Source: Candidatus Latescibacterota bacterium (GTDB lineage: Bacteria > Latescibacterota > UBA2968 > UBA8231). Taken from it: DNA of 64,000 nt. Of the stretch, positions 60,612 through 64,000 are shown piece by piece (position 1 is the first letter of the stretch; the number at the start of each line of letters is the position of its first letter). The DNA is taken from assembly GCA_963422735.1 (NCBI GenBank), contig OY730476.1, positions 2,880,001-2,944,000 of the forward strand, read 5' to 3'. The notes beneath the pieces are model-generated. The model saw only the letters and a program-made list of their open reading frames with translations, searched no databases and was not told the origin of the DNA. Position numbers and translations under genes: made by a program.

Positions 60612-61276
60612 GCCTCGGAATCGTCCTCGTCAGCGGTGGGCTCGACTCCTGCGTCACCGCCGCCATTGCCGCCCGCCGCGACCCCCTAGCCTTTCTCCAC
60701 TTGCGCTATCGCCAGCGCACCGAAGGCCGCGAATTCGCGGCCTTCTCCGCTCTCGCGGATCACTTTCAGGTGGAGACCCGCCTCGTGGTAGATGTCGATT
60801 ACATGCGCCAGATCGGCGGCTCCAGCTTGGTTGATGCGACCCAGCCCATACCTGAGGACGAGGCCGCAGCCGGCCTGCCCACCACCTATGTCCCCTTCCG
60901 CAACGCCAACTTGCTCGGCGTGGCCGTGGCTTGGGCCGAGGTCATCGGCGCAGCCGACATCTACATCGGCGCCCACGAAGCAGAGAGCCAATATCCGGAC
61001 TGTCAGCGGGAATTTTTCGCCGCTTATGAGCGCATGGTCGCCGCTGGTACTGGCCCGCAAACCCAAGTGCGTATCCAGACCCCGCTCATAGACTGGGACA
61101 AAGCCGCCATCGTCCGCTGCGGCCTAGCACTAACCGCCCCCCTACATCTGACTTGGTCCTGCTATCAGCGCGAAGACCTCGCCTGCGGCCGCTGCACAAG
61201 CTGCCGCAGGCGCCGGGCCGGCTTTCGCCGGGCCGGTGCCGACGACCCCTTGCCTTATGCTAATTGCCGTGATTAG
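60608..61276 (+). CDS. queC: 7-cyano-7-deazaguanine synthase
   Basis: SGGLDS, TYVPFRN, YPDC, TWSCY...CGRCTSC. TTGA overlap with the peptidase. Confidence 0.94.
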   Translation: MSLGIVLVSGGLDSCVTAAIAARRDPLAFLHLRYRQRTEGREFAAFSALADHFQVETRLVVDVDYMRQIGGSSLVDATQPIPEDEAAAGLPTTYVPFRNANLLGVAVAWAEVIGAADIYIGAHEAESQYPDCQREFFAAYERMVAAGTGPQTQVRIQTPLIDWDKAAIVRCGLALTAPLHLTWSCYQREDLACGRCTSCRRRRAGFRRAGADDPLPYANCRD

Positions 61277-61298
61277 TGGTCAGGGGTCAGGGGTCAGT
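61271..61298. repeat. Degenerate heptamer array GATTAGT-GGTCAGG-GGTCAGG-GGTCAGT
   Basis: Four 7-nt units related to GGTTAGT, overlapping the queC stop. Confidence 0.75.
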
Positions 61299-61356
61299 TC
61301 CCTATCCCAAGGTCCGTCCCGTAGATCCCTCTCACCCCTCACCAAGGAGCTAACTC

Positions 61357-62472
61357 ATGCTAATCGGCTACGTCAGCGACGAACGCTACATCGCCCTGCA
61401 CGGCGTACAGTTCGAACTGGCCAACGAAGACCTACACGTCGAAACCCGCTCGTGGGCCATCGGCGAGGTCTTCGCCGACATTCCTCCCGGCCCCTACGCA
61501 GAGACCTTGCAAAAAGACGGTTTCGGCCCCAAGCGCGGGCAGGTCAATATCCACCCCGACCAGCCGCACCACTTTCGCTTGCTCGCTCATCAGTTGCTCG
61601 GCTACGCCTAGCCCAAGTGGGTCCAAGCGGGCGAGCAATCCGAGTTTCGCGTCCACTCGCTCGAAGCCTACCGACTCGATTTGTGGCACTACGGCTGGGA
61701 AAAAGACTACTTCCACGCCAAAGACGAGTCCGGCGCGTTCTTCTCCTTCCCCTATATCGTCGCTCCAGCCACCCCCAGCACCGACATCGCGGGCCTCGCC
61801 GCTAACATCAACTGGAACGCGTACAACAATTCCGGCCCGGCGAAAGCCCGCCAAACGTTGGCGGGCACTCCAACTACATCCACCCCGACTGCTTTCCGCC
61901 CACGCCGACGATCAATGCCCGCCTAGCACTGAAGCGCTATACCGACCCCGAACACATCACTACGACGCCGAGGACTATGCTCCGCTCTCCTTCGATCGGC
62001 CCGAGCCGATCAACTGCATTCTCGAGGACATCGAGATCACCGACCCCATCGCGGGACGCGCTGCCTGTCACGTGGCCCCAGCCGAGTGGCGATTCCTCGG
62101 CTGGCTAGAGCGCGAAGGCTTCGCCTACGACCTGTACGCCGAAACCCAATTGCACTTTGGCCAGCTCGCCCTCAACCAGTACAGAATCCTCGTCACCGCT
62201 ACCCATCCCGAGTACCGGTCGCGCAAAATGTACTACGAGGTCAAGGCATGGGTGCGCGAGCGCGGCGGCAACTCATGTACTTGGGAGGCAACGGCCTCAA
62301 CTGCGAGGTGGAAATGATCGACGAGCAGACGGGGAAGGTCAAAAACGGCGACGGGCGCGGCCAGCGGGCCGAGAGCTACGAGAGCCGCTTTCACCAGTAC
62401 AACGAGGCCGAGGCCAACCTGAACGAGCGGATACCCGGCGGTGCCTCCGGCCACGAGACCGACAAGACCTGA
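61357..62472 (+). pseudogene. N,N-dimethylformamidase beta-subunit-like protein, disrupted
   Basis: LLGYA*PKWV (in-frame TAG at 61609-61611), NWNAYNN, AEWRFLGWLEREG, THPEY, MYLGGNG across frames, with deletions. Confidence 0.78.
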
Positions 62473-62539
62473 TTTGTAATGCGGTGGGCCATCCTTTAGC
62501 TGTAGCCCTTCTACCTAGCAACCTGTAAGAGCCTACACA

Positions 62540-62845
62540 GGCTGAAAGGCTACTTTCAACCATGCACAAACCCACCAAACGGGGGCGTCCAAGAAACCGA
62601 CCCCAGCATCTGGTAGCCTATACATCGTATGAGGTATCTCGCATCAGAGCACGAGAGAACCCAGACCAAAATGTGATAAAATCCTATACGCCAAATGCAA
62701 CATCGTCGAGCATCTCTTTGGCTTTCTCAAACACTACCGACGAATTGGGACTAGGGTTGAGAAAAAGGCGTCTCATTTTCTCGCCATTGTCAAGCGGGCC
62801 TGCATCAGACAACTCTTCAAATCTTACTTTTCAGACACTACCTAG
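62540..62845 (+). mobile_element. IS5-family transposase remnant with right end
   Basis: RGRPR.RP; NIVEHLFGFLKHYRRIGTRVEKKASHFLA (IS5 C-terminal motif); ends TTTCAGACACTACCTAG. Confidence 0.7.
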
Positions 62846-62859
62846 TGCGCCGTCAATAT

Positions 62860-63592
62860 AGCAGAAATGCTAAGGGGTCATCAACGGCCTTGGGGAGGTC
62901 ACCTGTGCTTATATCCATCCGGTCAAAGACCGGTTCTGGCTGATTGACTATCGGGTTTATGACCCTGAAGGAGATTGCAAGACCAAGTTGGATCACGTCA
63001 AGGATATGTTATCCCTCTTGGGCTACCATAAACACCTCCCGTTCAATGCCGTGTTGGTGGATACTTGGTATGCCACTAAAACGGTCATGCTACATATTGA
63101 GAAACTACAAAAAATTACTACTGCCCCTTAAAACCAAATCGGCGCGTGGACGATTCTTTAGGCACAACCCCCTACGAGCGTGTGGATAGCTTAGCTTGGA
63201 CGCAAACCGAACGCAAAGCAGGCAAACGCATTAAAATCCAAGGGTTTCCCAAAGATCACGAGGTGAAATTATTTCGAGTGGCATCTTCTAACAGACGCAC
63301 GGAGTATGTCGTAACCAACGACGGGGCTCAAGGCGACACCTCCGTGGCACAACAGGTGTGTCACTGGCGTTGGAAGATTGAGCCATTTCACCGGGAAGCA
63401 AAGCAATTGACTGATCTTGAAAGGTATCAATGTCGATTGGTACACATTGTGTGCAACCACATCAGGTGTGCGCTGCTCGTTTGGATTCGACTTGAGCAAG
63501 TGGTTTATCAGGTCAAGCACGGGTTGTTGTCGGACTATTTAAGACAACAATTGAAATCCCCTGCTGTTCGCATGGAACTTGCGTAAGTCCTA
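62860..63592 (+). mobile_element. IS701-family transposase remnant (5'-truncated, frameshifted)
   Basis: IDYRVYDP..D.KTKLDHV, VLVDTWYA, YVVTND, RWKIE.FHRE.KQLT..E..QCR; terminus TGCGTAAGTCCTA; lower GC. Confidence 0.82.
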
Positions 63593-63750
63593 TTTATAGA
63601 AATGGTATAAAAATAAAGCCCCGTTATCGATGTTCTGGCGACAGATCGAGTACGGCTCGGTCTAGCTGTGATGCTCCTCATGCGACGCGCATTCGCGGAT
63701 GTCCAGTGTAGCGTGTTCGTGGGAAGCTTTGGGGCTAGCGTGCGGGTCGA

Positions 63751-64000
63751 TTAGAACGTCGAGGGTTTGGGCGTTGCTGGGGGCCAGTAGCCGTCTGGAT
63801 CTTCGTCCCACGCCGTGCCGCACATCCGCGATATAACCGCCCATTCGGCGGCGGTCAGGTGGGCGTGGTTGTGGAAGAGGAAGTGCTGCAGCCCGGCTGC
63901 TTCCGAAGCTTGGAGGATGTGGTAGAGATCGCCGGCGGTCATGGGGTCGCCGCCGTGGGGCATGCGCCCGGTATCGACCCAAGGCAAGATCTTTTGCGGG
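63751..64000 (-). CDS. 3' end of a hypothetical protein extending beyond the window
   Basis: Open frame ...KILPWVDTGRMPHGGDPM...YWPPATPKPSTF* with coding-like codon usage. Confidence 0.6.
   Translation of the reverse strand, partial: PQKILPWVDTGRMPHGGDPMTAGDLYHILQASEAAGLQHFLFHNHAHLTAAEWAVISRMCGTAWDEDPDGYWPPATPKPSTF

Noticed and set aside
60608-61276. QueC as part of a defence or DNA-modification system (Qat, Dpd)
   Set aside because: Canonical length and motifs, housekeeping neighbours, and no partner genes nearby.
1227-61611. Amber (TAG) recoding, suggested by two in-frame TAGs at probable Trp positions (1227 and 61609)
   Set aside because: Both genes also have frameshifts or deletions, and intact genes such as glgB and queC end in TAG. 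TGG-to-TAG mutation explains them.

Overview
A GC-rich (roughly 60-65% by eye) bacterial chromosome segment. Gene content suggests a diderm bacterium, probably a marine or sponge-associated lineage such as Latescibacterota or a relative (inference): PhyH dioxygenases, TPR/FG-GAP/CRTAC1 proteins, a spondin lipoprotein, LamG, a PQQ dehydrogenase and sugar-acid enzymes. Recognisable intact genes include glgB, rlmN, larC, a uvrA homologue, queC, PBP1A, an M23 peptidase, dppA/B/C, a dprE1/dprE2-like pair and tRNA-Gly(GCC). They are interspersed with at least nine pseudogene or IS remnants. Most notable: (1) a ~300-nt multi-helix, end-paired intergenic RNA candidate behind a TTGACA promoter (24723-25022) that matches no RNA family I recognise; (2) a TolC / MlaC-DUF3047 / MlaC / MMPL operon, a candidate trans-envelope lipid transport system; (3) an ABC-type ATPase + TOPRIM-like (DUF4276) pair resembling PARIS or split-OLD defence modules; (4) apparent erosion of CCWGG to CTAGG/CTTGG, the signature of unrepaired 5mC deamination; (5) a 13x heptamer repeat abutting a start codon; (6) an insertion flanked by a duplicated gene 3' end and led by an attC/MITE-like palindrome; (7) a probable 12-kb inversion splitting dppABC. 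All family calls come from motif recognition by eye, not database searches.
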